Below are positions 12,693-26,210 of a DNA stretch of 64,000 nucleotides, one piece after another (position 1 is the stretch's first letter; every line of letters starts with the position of its first letter). The stretch covers positions 11,410,001-11,474,000 of the forward strand of contig NC_045696.1 in the NCBI RefSeq assembly GCF_009834535.1, in the 5' to 3' direction. The DNA is from Camelus ferus (lineage: Eukaryota). A model generated the notes under the pieces. That model was given only the letters and a program-made list of their open reading frames with translations, had not been told where the DNA came from and ran no database searches. Made by a program: the position numbers and the translations under genes.

Positions 12693-14510
12693 GCCCTGGG
12701 AGTAAAGCCCGGGATCCCTGCAGCGCACACAAGGTCCTCCCAGACTTGACCCTGCCCCCACTCCCCGTGGCCCCTCATACTCCCCGCGCTCTAGCCACGC
12801 CAAGCCAGGCACCGCAGGCTTTCCCCACCCCCGTGCCCTCCTGCCTAATGGGGAAATGCCCGCTCATGTTTCAACATTCAGTGCAGCCCTGTCTCGTGCA
12901 TCTGTGCAGCGCGGGGAGATTTGAGCTATCCCTCCACCATGTCCTCATGGCCACCCCTACGTACTCCCATCAAAGCCCCTAAAATGCCCTCCAGTCCTGG
13001 TTTTCATATTTGTCTCCCATCTTAGCTTGTAAGCCCCTTGAGAGCTTGGATTGTGCCTGATCTGTAGCCTCGGCACCTGGTTGAATGCACACACAGGTAA
13101 ACTGAGGCTCGGGCACTCAGCATCTGTAATGGTAGAGCCCAAGGTCAAGAATTTTCACGGTGGAGCAGAGGCAGAAGACCAGTCTGTCCTAACCCCAAGC
13201 CCTCTACCCACACTCATGCCACGTAGACCCCCAAGCCTCGGCTGTTGGTTTCGGTAGTTGAAGACTTGACTCTTACCAATAAATGGGAACCATTTAAGGT
13301 GGAAAGGACAAACAGGGGAAGACAGTTTAGACACGTGTTGCTGCACCTAAGACCATCGACCCCTATTAAAGATCTGGAACTCACTTGCCAGTGGGTGAAG
13401 GCAGACCGGCTTACACTGTGTGACCAGCCTCTGCACAGACCTTGACCAAGGTGACCTAGAGGCTGACCCAAGGCCGGGGGAGCCGAGGCAAGTAGGAAAT
13501 AAACGCAAGATGCACCCAGATCCCAGCAACCTGGATCCTCGCACGTCACAGAGGTTTTTCTAGTGGCTGCCAGCTGAGAAAAATGACTATAATTAACTCA
13601 TGCTAAAGAATAATATTACGACACATGATTTTTGCAGCAGGCTCCTGAGCATCCCGGAGCCACCGACAGCCACACTACTTGAGACAGCCGGTTACTGTCT
13701 GAGATGAGGCATTCAGAAGCAGTTTTAGAAAAGCATTCACAGGACCATCAAGCATCTGGTTTTGATTTCAGAAACCCAAACCATAATAAGGCCTGGGAGT
13801 GGCCCCGAGGATTATAAAACAAAGGCAAGAAGGTGACAAGTAGCCTGGACCCCGTGAAGGCTGAGGGCCCTCCTGTTTGTGCTCTAAGGAGAAGCAGTGC
13901 CGTGGGCATAGGGCGGCGAGCTGGCAATCTGACTCCACCCAACACCCCAAGCCTCTGGTTTTGACACGAAGGATGGGGTACGAGTGTTCGGACATCTGGA
14001 CCTCATTCAAGAAGCTTCCTCCGCCTGAGTCAGACCCTCTGCTTCCTCCTGCACGTCCTTCCCACGGGTACCAACCACCACCAGTCTGTGCCTGGGCAGG
14101 AAGCAGGGAAGTCAGGGCACCTGCTCCTTCCCCCAGACCCCGACTTTGGAGCATCCAGGAGGAGGGGCTGGGGCAAGGGGAGCAGACCTCGAGGCCTGGC
14201 AGCTGGAGGGCAGCCTGCGACCATCCTTCCAACCATCCGTCTTTCAGAGGAGGCCTCTGAGGACCGAGACGGACAGAGCCACCTGCCAGACTGTGACTGA
14301 GGGGGCTCTAAGGCCCAGCCCTAGAGGATGTGTCCCTTAAATGGTGGGAGTTCCCCACAGGGGAGAACCATGCAGCCCTCAAGAGAACGAGGGTACTCTT
14401 GAAGGGCTGAGGGGGCATCTTCAAGTCACACGGCAGAGCAGAAAAAAAAGCGAGATGCAGAACTTCACCTGGGTGAAGAAAGGATTGAATATATGTATTT
14501 GCTTGGATGC

Positions 14511-14972
14511 TGTAGTGGGTTGAATTGTATCCCCTCCAAAAGCTATGTCCAAGTCCTAACCCCCCAGTATCTGTGAATGTGACTTACTGGGAAATAGAGT
14601 CTTTGCAGATGTTATCAAGTTGAGGATCCTGGGATGAGGTCTCCCTGGATTCAGGGTGGGTCCTAAATCTGACAATGAGTGCCCTTAAAAGAGGCAGGAG
14701 AGGGAGATTTGAGACACGTAGAGAGGCCACATGGAAAGGGAGGCAGAGATTGGAGTTACGTTGCCACAAACCAAAGAACACGTGGGGTGACCAGAAGCTG
14801 GAAGAGACAAAGAGAGACTCTTTCCTAGAGACTTCAGAAGGCACACAAATAGCCCTCTGACATCTTATATTTGAACGTCCAGCCTCCAGAACTAACAGAA
14901 AATAAATTTGTATTGTTTTAAGCTATCAAATTTGTGGTAGTTTGTTATGGCAGCCCTGGGAAACAAAATTCA
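14511..14972 (+). mobile_element. MLT1 (MaLR) solo LTR with TSD
   Basis: TG...CA termini, 5-bp TSD GATGC (14506-14510, 14973-14977), MLT1 motifs. Confidence 0.88.
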
Positions 14973-14999
14973 GATGCTAACTGCAAAGGATATTTTTGG

Positions 15000-16520
15000 A
15001 AGTTAATTTAGATTTTATTGAATAGAAGATCAATATAAAAAATCAACAATCAATAAGTAATTATAAAAGATTTAATCTCTACCATTTATAATAGGATCAA
15101 CTATGTTAAATGTCCTAGGAATAAATATAATGAAAGATATACAAGACCACTACACAGAAAAAAAGCAAAATATTATTAAGAAAAATGAATGGTTTAATAA
15201 ATGAAGGTATATATTAAGTTTATGAATTGGAAGCCTCCATAATGTAAAGATATCAGTTCTCTCCAAATGGATTAATGCAATCATAATGTAGAGTCAATAC
15301 AACCACAATGAAAATCTAGGTTGATATTTGTGAAAATGGATAAGCTGATTCTAAAATGTGTGTGAGAGTCCAAAAGTTCAGGAACAGACAAGACAATCCG
15401 AGGGACAACAGCGACGCTAGAACACTTACCTTCCCTGGGAATCGAGTCTTATTACCAAGCTAGTCATTAGCGTAGTGTGTTATTGGCAAAAAGACAAATA
15501 GACCAACGGAACACAATCGAGTTTTCAGGAACAGAGACGCATACAAAGGAACACTTTTGTTTTTGATTTATAACAAAAGATATGCGCTGCAGAACAGAGG
15601 AGAAATGGGGGCTTTTCAATAAATGGTACGGGGTCAATTGGCTATCCAGAGGGAAAAATATTTCTCTGGCCAGCCCTCTCCCACCATACACAGAAATCAA
15701 TTCCAGAGCAGTTGAAGGTTTAAGTGCGAACAGCAGAACAATAACAATTCTAGAAACACAATAGGGGAATGTCTTCATGACATCGGAGGAAGCAAAGTTG
15801 TCTTCGAGGCACATAAAACAATAACCATAGTGGAAAATATTGATTTACTGGATTTCACCAAAATGGAGAACTTCTGTTCATCAAAAGACACTATGAAGAG
15901 AGTGGAAAGGAAAAAACATAGAGTGGGACCAGACAGCTGCATTCTACTTAACTGACAAAGGACTTGTATCCAGACTATATACAGATATCTACTAATTTAG
16001 CAACAATAGCAAAAGACAACCCAGAGGAAATGATGAGTAAGAGGTCTGAATAGGCAGGCACCTCACAAACGAGGCTATCCAAGTGAGCAGCGAAAATAAA
16101 CAAAATCAATTAAAAAAAAAAAAAAAAAACCAAGTTTGTGGTCATTTGTTGTGGCAACTCAGAGAAACTCATAAAGATGACCAGAACATTTTGGAAATGC
16201 GTTTAGATCTGAAGTTCCCTGTCACGGATCTGCTGTGGATTAGGCCCTGCTGAGGCCAAAGCCAAAACGATTTTTAATTAGTTAAGAAAAGTAAGTGAAA
16301 ATAAATAAAAAAAGTGCTCAGTCTCATTCGCCGCCAGAAAAGTGCAGATTAAAGTCAAAAGAAAAACCATAGATACCCACTAGAAAAGCGAAAATGAGAA
16401 AGACTGACCCAGTCATTTGGTGGCAAAGATATGGAGCAGGTGTAACTCTTCATAGGCTGCTGAGCAGAAGGTAACCCTGCACGTGGCCTTGGAGAACTCG
16501 GGCAGCACTGACTGAAGTTG
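15000..16520 (+). mobile_element. Old L1 ORF2 fragment (interrupted at ~16106-16296)
   Basis: Remnant peptide LFNKWYGVNW (ORF 15582..15764), aacttctgttcatcaaaagacac. Confidence 0.8.
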
Positions 16521-17239
16521 ACTTAATGTGGAGGGAAAAAACCCAGGCTTAAAAGAAGACAAATAGAAAATTTTTAAACACAGACGCAGGCATGGGAAGG
16601 AGGCCTGTAAACCCTGCTAAGTTTCCACCTCTTGAGCTGGACCGTGGCTTCATCCGTGTGTCCATTTGTGATAACTCCCTGCAGTGTACGTGCATGACAT
16701 TTCTGTGTGTAAGGTACACTTGCATGTAGGTATCTTAGCTAGCAATGAAAATTTTCTTTTAAAAAACTTTAGAAAAGGCCAGAAAAGCTCACAGTGAACA
16801 ATAACAACAAAAAAAGGCCTGAAAAAAATATTCCTGCTCAGGGAGGTGGAAATGAAAGGGCAGTGCAATTTTTAAAAAGAAAAATTCTTTGGTCCCCTTT
16901 TCCCTCTTGCCGCACACCTTTAGGGAGCAGAAACACCTTCCACGGCAGGAAGGTGGGAGAGAAGGAAAAAAATGGGGAGAGAAAAGGAACAAGAGGTATT
17001 GGAATCAGGAAGAAAACAGAAAACAAAAAACCTGCTTGACACTTCAAATCCCAGCCCTTTGGCTGCCCAGCATCATTTTAAAAACTACAAATGTTCCTGG
17101 CCGTCAGCCCCTCGAGGTGTAGAATGGGTCCAATGGTTAAGTTTCATCAATTAGGCCCCGCAGATAAGTATTCAGGAATGAGGCTACTAGAGTGGAAGAA
17201 AGAGAAGAAACTGTGACTTGTAAATCGACCCGGGGGGAC

Positions 17240-17260
17240 GGGGGGGGGGGGGGGGGGGGG
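17240..17260 (+). repeat. Poly-G tract (21 G)
   Basis: Directly visible. Confidence 0.9.
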
Positions 17261-17879
17261 AGGTCAGGCTTAAATGGCTGATCATTAGAAGCCAGCCTAA
17301 AGGGCAGCGTAGAAGTCCCAGGCACACAGGGGATTAGGGAAAACAGATATTCAAGAGCTTGGAAAAGAGAACCCGCCAGCCTTCCAGTAACACCAAGGGT
17401 CCACCCACCTGTGAGCGTCTGTCTCACTCTCCCTGACCGCTGGTGAATGAGCTTCATTCAAATCCCACCTGGGCTGGCGGTTCCCCATCTGCAGGTGACC
17501 AGCTCTGCCTCAAAGAGCAGTTTAACCTCCAGGCTCAGCCCTGCCCCACCCTTGAGAGCCTGAGGGAGGACTACTGAAAAAGCTGGGATACCAAGGCTCA
17601 GCGAATCATGGTGGCCTGGGGCCCCCAGCAGCTTCCCCGTGGCCCCCTTTTACCTCCGGCAGACTTGCCTGAGCACCCTGAGGGCCAAGCCTGCCCTCTG
17701 CCGTCACCCTCTGCTCAGCCAGCCCAGGCCAGGCTGGCTGCACCTCCTTCATCCCCATCCCCATCAGCTGGATCCCCACGCACCTATCTCTCCACGGATG
17801 GCCTGTTTGGTTTCCAGGTCTGGCTCACCCGCCGCCCCGGAGCGCCATTCGGTCAAGGGGGAAACTGCTGCTGCTGCTG

Positions 17880-18085
17880 TAACTATGCACTTAGGTTCTG
17901 CTCCGTGCCAGGAATTGTTCTGAGTACTTTACCATCTAAAGCGCTTTGTCATCATGTGACCTCATGCCAACAACAGGTACTATTTATTGGCATTTTTATT
18001 TTACAGATGAGAAACTGATGCACAGAGCAGTTGAGAGACTGGGCCAAGGGCACAAAGCTGACATGTGATTGTACCAAGACTTAGC
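17880..18085 (-). mobile_element. MIR SINE
   Basis: attttacagatgagaaactga..cacagag. Confidence 0.7.
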
Positions 18086-21000
18086 CATGCTATGCTGAGT
18101 CAGGCAAAGAGGAGGCTAGGTCCAGCCACAAAATGACACCCTCAGGATGGGAGCGATCACGTAGAGCAAGAGGGCGAGAGGCTCCCCCAGGTGAGGCTGG
18201 TGTGAGGCTTCCGCTCCGGCCACCTCTGCCCGCCGACGGGAGCATAGCCTCTCCACACCAGGCCGGGGCCCCAGCGCCAAGCAGGGCAAGGAAACAGCCT
18301 CAGCCCTGCGTGCCGGGCACTGAATCTGCTGCCCAGGAGGGCTCTGTCATGGGTCAGGTCCCTGCAGAGGGTGGAGCAGCTCAGCTACAGCTTCAGAACA
18401 AGACTGTGATCTTCCCACCCCTTCTTCCTCTTCCCGGTTCTCCACCATCACCACCTTCTGCTTCGTTTTTATTGTCTGACCCTGCTCCTCACTGGAATAT
18501 TAGCTCTGTGGGTCCACAGTCCTCAATGGGTGGTTTTCCCATCTCTGCATCCCGGGCACCTACGACAGTGCTGAAAGCATCAGAGAAGCTCAATAGATGC
18601 TTATGAAAGAAACATACGCGATGGATGTGAAGAAATACAACAAAATACATGCACGCTTTAGATCAAATAGACTCAACTCTGCTGGTCATTCTCCAGATTC
18701 CTCTGTGCCCTTTTCTGGGCTGCTTTGTGCCGGGAGGCTGACTCCCCTGCCTGCACTACCCAGGCCCTCTGGGACGCTGGTGGCTGTTGCTCCAGCAGCC
18801 CATGGAGCAGGGGAGGGGAGAGAGCAGGCAGCTCTCCTCGTCCCCTCAGCCATTCCTCACTGGGCCCAGATGACACCACCTTCTTCCTCCTCCCTCCAGG
18901 CCCAGGGGTGGGGACAGCTTCCCCTCTGGTTGGCACCTGGGGCCCCCCTCCCATCCTTGGTCCTTCCCTTATCCCTGCCCAGCTCAGGTACTGAGCCTTC
19001 ATCACAGTCTCTTTATCTACACCATTTGGGATGAAGTGTTTCTTGCTGGAATCCTGTCTGATAACCCAGGCAACTCTCCTTTTCTACGAATATATGAGTT
19101 AAGTATCTTTTGTGTGGAAACAAATTATGTGAGCATAATTTTTCTTTCTTTAAAAACATTAAAAAATTTTGGCAACTCTATTTTTACATTATTCTCTATG
19201 ATTGACTTAACAACTAAGTGTGCCTTGTATCTACATTGTGTGTGTGTGTGTGTTACATCAAGGGAGAACTTTTATTATAACTGCAAAATTTAGAACCCTC
19301 TAAAGAACAAACAATATCTTAAACAAAACAGAAAAGGTTTAAAAATTTACCTTGCAAAAAAATGGCTGCAAAATTTTAACTCCTCAAGATTAGTCTGCAA
19401 CTTTAGGACTAATTTATTAAAATTATTAAAAAGTTTGAATGGAGTGTTGTTGCTGTTTAGGGTTTTTTCCCAATTGTTTTTTTAAAAAATCAATCAAAAT
19501 TTGTTCACTTAAATGTTACTTGTACAGACTTCTAATAACAGCTCATACAAAAATCATCTCTATTATTAAAATCATCTCTGTTTCCATGTTAGTCAAACTT
19601 CAGTGAAGGACAGAGTAATAGTGAACATTTTATTTAAGTAAAAATACTACAGTAGTACTTAACTAATTCTACAGGGTCCGATGTTGTGAAAATAATGTAT
19701 TCATAAGAATTATGTTAAAAATAGTTTGAGACAAAGAATTCATAAAAATTGTATGAAATTAAACTTTATTTTAAAATATTATCTTAAGATTATAATGCTG
19801 TATCTACTTAAATAAGAGCAACCGTAGCATCAAAAAATAGCAGCTAAACTAGAGACACATCAAGGTTGCTTGAAAGAGAAAACATATGAGGATGTTGTGC
19901 TGCAGTTCTGAGTGTTCAGGACTCGGCTGCTGTGGACAATGAGTGAAGCCTGCAGGTGACCTCAGATCCCTGAGCCCTCACGGCGGGGCCCTAACCCTCC
20001 AGTTCCCTGGGGGCCCAGGGGTCCAGGAAGTGCCCTCGCTTGCCCGCAGCTGTGGGCTGCAGGTGGAGCAGCTGGAGCACAAGGACCCTTGGGAAAAGGC
20101 TGGAACTTGGACTCCATCCGGCCAACATCTGCCACTTGCGGTCATTGTCTTCTCTCAGGTCCCCTAGCTTTCTCCCCATCGCCACAGCCGCTATCCAGCA
20201 TGCTGGGCTCTTTCCTCATGGATACAGATCTCCTTCTGATGGGAGGAAGTGGTTCTCTCCAGTTCTTTGCTCAAGTCCTCGGCCATCTTCTTATAGAGGT
20301 CACAGTCCTGATCTGCAGCTTTTACTTTTTTGCACAGGCTGGTAAATTTCTCCTCAATTTCTAGGTGCCTTGGTGATTCCCATGGGGGAAGGAAAAATCA
20401 TGAAGCCAGGATTCGGGTACCTCTTTTGTTTCATATCAATTAAAATACTAGTATTTCACTTTTTAAATGAGACAGGATCACCATGCCCTGGTGATGAGAT
20501 GTCCTCAGCAGAGTTCTACCCAAGACAGGAGTCAGGATCCAGGACTAAAGTTCCTTTCTCTCCAGGTCAAATGCTTGCGAAAGAAAGGCGTTGGGAAAAT
20601 AAATCTTAGGAGATGAGAGATCTTCCCTAAGAGACTGGACTTGGCCTTGGAGGAAAAAATGGGAATAAGGTGGGGAGGAATTAGCCAAAAGAGTGGGAGG
20701 TGATTGGTTGCTAGGGGAGGAGACTGGGTTTCAGAACCTTCCTCCTCTCATCCCTGCTGCCCACTCCCCAGCATCATCCCCACTCCCTTCTCATCTTTTC
20801 CTTAATAATCCCCAATAATTCCAAAATGGTTCCAGGAGAGCGCTGAGGAAAGAGATGTGGGCCAAAGGCTCGGGGAAAAATACAAATGACCAGTAAATAC
20901 AAGATGCTCAGTATCATTAGGAACTCCGGAAATGGGAATTAAAAACAATGACACAATTCTTTTGGAGGGTTTTAAACAACTGAGGGAGATGGTCTCAACT

Positions 21001-22656
21001 CTTCCAGATAAGGAGACTTTCAAGCATATAATTCCCTGGGTCTGCCTTAAGATGGACATGATTCTGATTTCAGAGTTCTTTTTTATGATAGTGAAATAAT
21101 ACTATTGTACCAACAAAAGTTGCAGGTATTTGGTGATTTAATAAAAGCATGGTATCCAGGGTTTATTGAAATCATAACTCAAGGCAGTCTTGAGAGATGA
21201 TAGTCATTTTTTCTTTGCAGTTATCATGTGGAGATTTCATTTGGAGAAATCAGAGCCGACAACCAGCACTGAGTTTTGCAAGAGGAAATTATGCCATCTC
21301 TGTGCTACCCAGACCCTTCTCTTTCTTCCTTCCTTGGACTCCGCTCCCTGCCTCTGCCCCGACCCAGTCCTGCCTGCTCATGTGTCCACTGGAGTCTGGG
21401 TAGTAGAACTAATAAGCTGTTCAGGGTACAGTCTTTGTTAGATTTTTCTCCTTCCATGCCTAGAGAAAACTGAGATGTGGGGGCTCAGCTGAGAACTTTC
21501 TGGTTGGGTTCCCCTCTGAAATGAAGCTGAAACCATCTAGCATCACCTGTGAGCAGAAATACACACGATGGAACTTCCACGTGTCCCCTCCATTCCTCAC
21601 TTGTTGAAGAACTGATTTTTATTCGATCCTCCGAAAACCGTTTCCTACTTCCTTCCCTTCTCAGTCTCCTATTCCCACCAGGAAAGAAGAAAGTTAAGAA
21701 ATGAACTTGAAACTTCCAGCATTGCAGAAATGCCATAAGGCATTTATTTCTCTTGTGAAGGGGTCTTTCCACATCCTACCTCATAAAGTGACAGCTCTGC
21801 AAAGTGTCAGGAATGCAGGATGAGTGAGGGTCGCCTTCCACAAGGAACCTGGCAGATCCCTTGAAAAGGTCTGCAATCATCCTGAATGAGATGAAGGGAG
21901 AGAAATTCTTGCATTGCATTAAGACTTCTGGAATCATTTCCCAGTATGAATGCAAGAAGATTTGGTGAGATTTCCCTGGCCCCCACCAGTGTGACCATCA
22001 GGGAAGTTCACCAAAATATTTCAATCAAATAGCAGGATGACGTGAAACAGAAATGCTGGCAAAACCTCCTATTGGGGGCTTCTTTTATAAACTGGTCTAA
22101 CTCACTACAGTGGTACATTTGGCCTCAAGCCTTTGAAAATAACAAGCTGGGGTTCACAGCCAGCAGAGAGGACCAGAGCTACGGGCCTTGCCTTGAAATT
22201 CCCGTTTGTGTCCGCCCAGGAGCTGTTTGGCACCATGTGGATGGGGACAGGCTGGACGCCAGGGCGACATGCCGATTCCAGGCAGCTGATTAGGATGTCT
22301 GAGAGGCTGCCTTTCATTCATAGTTTCCCTGCCCTTTGCCAGCGTGAACTCCTCTGGGAACCTCCCCACTGGTCACGCTGGAAGGGGGCAATGCCAGGGA
22401 CGCCCCTGCCACTCACACTCCTGGCTCAAACTCCCTGCGGCTGCAATCAGCTGCCAAAAAGAGAGGTCAGGCTGGGGGAGAGACGGGGAGGGGGGCCCTC
22501 AGCAGCAGCGCCAGGTACACCTGTGGCAGCCAAGGCGAGGGTCCCACGTCATACATGTGATCACAGAGGCATCGAGTGGAGGCCAAAGCAGGATTAGGCT
22601 GCCTTTTAGGCTTGTGTGTCCTGCTAATGTATCGGTGACCAGCCTTCGCGCGGGAT

Positions 22657-23053
22657 GTTAAGGATGGACTTGCGTCTTCCCTGCTCCCTCCCCTGCTCCA
22701 ATTCTTATGTTGAGGCCCTAAGCCCTGGTGTGACTGGATTTGGAGACAGGGCCTATAGGAGGTAATTAAGGTTAACTGAGGTCATAAGGGTGGGGCTCCA
22801 ATCCTATATGCCTGGTGTCATTACAAGAAGAGTCTTTGGATCCCGCTCTGCACTGGGACAGAGAAAAGGTCACGTGAGGACACAGCTAGTCAGCCCTCTA
22901 CAAGCCAGCAAGAGAGGCCTCACCAGAAACTAACCCTGCCAGCACCTTGATCTTGGACTTCCAGCCTCCAGGACTGCGAGGAAATAAATGTCTGCTGTCC
23001 AAGACACCTAGCCTGGGCTATTTTGTTACGGCGGCCCCAGCAGGCCAATAGAC
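22657..23053 (+). mobile_element. MLT1 (MaLR) solo LTR
   Basis: ccttgatcttggacttccagcctccaggactgcgaggaaataaatg. Confidence 0.8.
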
Positions 23054-24344
23054 TTTGTGTGAAAACGGGGAAGTCCAGGGAAAACCAGGACAGGTCATTA
23101 CCCTACCTGGAGGTCCCCATGCCCTCCGCTTCCCCGCTTGGAAAGCCACAAGCGTGTGTACTGCAGGCCCCCTCCCACCATGGGAAGGCCATTGCTCTTT
23201 GCCTTCTTTCTAAAGTGCACCAGTCAGCACCGGGCCATGGGCCACCTGCAGGGGCGTGAACTCCCAGGCACTTCCCCTCAGTGCCCTTGCAGGTGAAGCG
23301 GATCCAGCAGCAGGCGTCCGAAGGTCACAGGTGCAAGCAGGTAGGAGCGAAGCACGCAGAGGCTGGGGGATGCACGCCCGGAATGGGTAAAAGGGAGCCC
23401 TGGAGCTCTGGACACCAAGAACGTCCCCTGCTGCCAATATCCTCCCATTTTACAGATGAGCAAAGTGTGGTGCAGGGAGATTAAGCAATCTGCATGAGAC
23501 TGACGAGCTTCAGTTTGGGACTCCTTGATTTTAGACTTCTGGCCTCCAGAACTGCAGGAGAATGATGTTTGTGTTCTAAGCCTCTCAGTTGGTGGTACAT
23601 CTTTATGGCAGCCACAGGAAACCAAGACAGGAGGGCTGTGTAATTATGGACTCGGGGGCGTGGCTGTAAGGGCCCCAGGTGGTGGAAGGCTGTTCTAGTG
23701 AGTGTAGCCAGCAAGGGCAGCTGCTGCTGAGGTCCTCAGGACCAACTGCCCTGGCTTCGATGTCCAGGTCAGACAGGGTCTCTACTGGAACAACGCTGCC
23801 TCTGCAATCAGCCACTGTTAGCTTAAACCTCATCCAGACCAAAGCTGACCCCAGCCGGTTCTTTTCCTTCTGAGCCTCAAGAACATGTGTTAGGAATCAG
23901 GATGCCCTGTGGGCCTCCTAGTGTGATAGTTCCAAGCCTGGCGGCTTATTGCACCAATAAGCTGAAAAGGAGCATCACGTATCAGGAAGCCTCGGTTCTC
24001 CCCTTTGGCGTCCCCGCTCCAGGTCATCAGGCTCAGGAGGTCACCCAGTGACCTGCTGGCTTTGCAGCCTGGGCACAGTGAGCACCACGAGGCTGCTCCT
24101 TGTAAGACCACTCATGGCAGGGAAGCCACAGCGCCTCGGAGGAGTATGAGGCAGCCAAGGATAACAGTATTTATGGGGAGGTTTTAGAGGCAGGGCCAAA
24201 TGCTTTTGTTATGTATCTATATTTTGTTACGTAAATAAAGCTAGTGGCCACACAAATTGCATATGCAGTTAAAAAGAAAAAGATAATTAAAAAAAATCAT
24301 ATATCTTGATATTGCCCTGTGGTTATATAAGATGTTATCACTGG

Positions 24345-25060
24345 ACCCAAACATTAGGATGACTATTAACAAAATGATAGAATGTAGCAAGTGTTGGCAA
24401 GGATGTGGAGAAACTGGACCCTTTGTGTGTCTCTGATGGGAATGTAAAATGGTGCCACCGCTGTGGTCAACAGTGTGGCAGTTCCTCAAAAAACTAAACA
24501 TGGAATTACCATTCCACTTCCGGGGATACAGCCAAAGGAAGTGACAGCCAGATCATGAAGAGACATCTGTACACCCGTGTTTATAGAAGCATCAATCACA
24601 ATAGCCAAGAGGTGAAACCAACCCAAGTGTCCATCAACAAATGACTAGATAAAGAGAATGTGGTCCATTCCTGCAATGCGCTATTATTCAGCCTCAACAA
24701 GGAAGGAAATTCTGACACGTGCTACAGGCCAGGTGAACCTTGAAGACATTATGCTAAGTGAAATAAGCCAGTCTCCAAAGGACAAACACTGTCTGCTTCC
24801 ACATCTGTGAGGTGCCTAGAACAGTCAAATTCAGAGACAGAAAGTAGAATGGCTGTGGTCAGGGGCTTGGGAGAAGGGTGATGGGGAGTTCTTGTTCAAT
24901 GGGTACCGTGTTTTAGTGTTGCACGATGAAGAAAGTTCTAGAGATGGATGGTGGTGATGGTTGCCCAACGATGTGAATGTACTTGAGGACACTGAGTGGG
25001 ACTGTTAAAAGTGCTTCAACACGGTCAATTTTACGTTGTGTATATTTTACCACAATTTTA
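24345..25060 (+). mobile_element. L1 (L1MB-like) 3' fragment
   Basis: aagtgttggcaaggatgtggagaaactgga...atgctaagtgaaataagccag...tatattttaccacaat. Confidence 0.85.
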
Positions 25061-25896
25061 ATGAGTAAAAAGGATATTATCACTGGGGAAAATTGGGGAA
25101 GGGTATGTGGTCCTCTCCATACTGGTTTTGCAACTTATAGGAGCCTAAAATTTTTTTTTTTAATAAAAAGTCAAAAAAATAAATAAAGTGAGCAAATCCT
25201 ATCAGGGTAAGAATGTATTTATGAGTGCGTAGGAAAGAATTACAAGAAGATACACCAAATGTTTTTAGACGTGGGATTTGGGGGAAACATTCTTCTCCTT
25301 TTTTTCTTATCTTCTAGGCTTGCTAAAATTCAGCCGTATTATTCCAATTAGGGGGGAAGAAACCCTTCCTTTTCAAAAGGCTTCTGCTATTTTTCTAGTC
25401 AAATGCAGAAACACGAGTCTCTGATATTAAAGGGCCTAAACAGAGTCTCATTTCTAGACCTCCAGCAACTCGCACACAACTGATTTATAAATAAATATTT
25501 ATAGATGTATAAATCTATATTTATAAACACAAAGAAAATTTTGTTGAAGGAATTATAATCACCGTCCCTCTAATCAGCTGTGAGATGAAAACCAGGGCAA
25601 TTGCTGAAAAGAAAACAAAGGTGTCGGTCACAGCCCAGGCTGAGGACGGGATGCTCTCTTCTGAACAGGGAAGAATGTCATTGTCACCAACTGACTAGTG
25701 ACCTTGTCACTGGCTATCAGGAAGCTTTTCTATGAAGGTCAGTCACTCCATGGGGGCTCTGGTGTCTTTCATCAGACTCCTCTGTCCTTTTCCGGCCCCC
25801 CCCATCACATTCGCACCCCACAGAATGTGGAGGAAGGTTTACTCCAGAGGAAACATCATTTTGAGCAAAAATTCTCATTTCCTAGCTGACTGGCTA

Positions 25897-26210
25897 TTGT
25901 AGGTTAAATTGTGTTCCCCCCTAAAAAAGATAAGTTGGAGTCCTAACTCCCAGTACCAAAGAATGTGACCTTATTTGGAGACAAGGTCCCTACAGAGATA
26001 ATCTCCCAGCCAAGAAGAGCCCAAGACCAGCAGGAGCTAGGAGGCAGGCCTGGGAGACCCTCTCACCGCCCTCCGGAGGAACTGAACCTGTCAGCTCCTT
26101 GGTCTCAGGATTGTGGCCTCCAGCCCCGTGAGACGGTTTGTTTGTTGTTCAAGCCTCCCGGCCTGTAGTATGTGGCACTTTGTCATGGGAGCCCTGGGAG
26201 ACTTACACAC
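25897..26210 (+). mobile_element. MLT1 solo LTR (internally deleted)
   Basis: gaatgtgaccttatttggaga...tgtggcactttgtcatgg. Confidence 0.7.

Noticed and set aside
25484..25527. AT-rich imperfect palindrome
   Set aside because: Low-complexity AT sequence; such hairpins arise by chance
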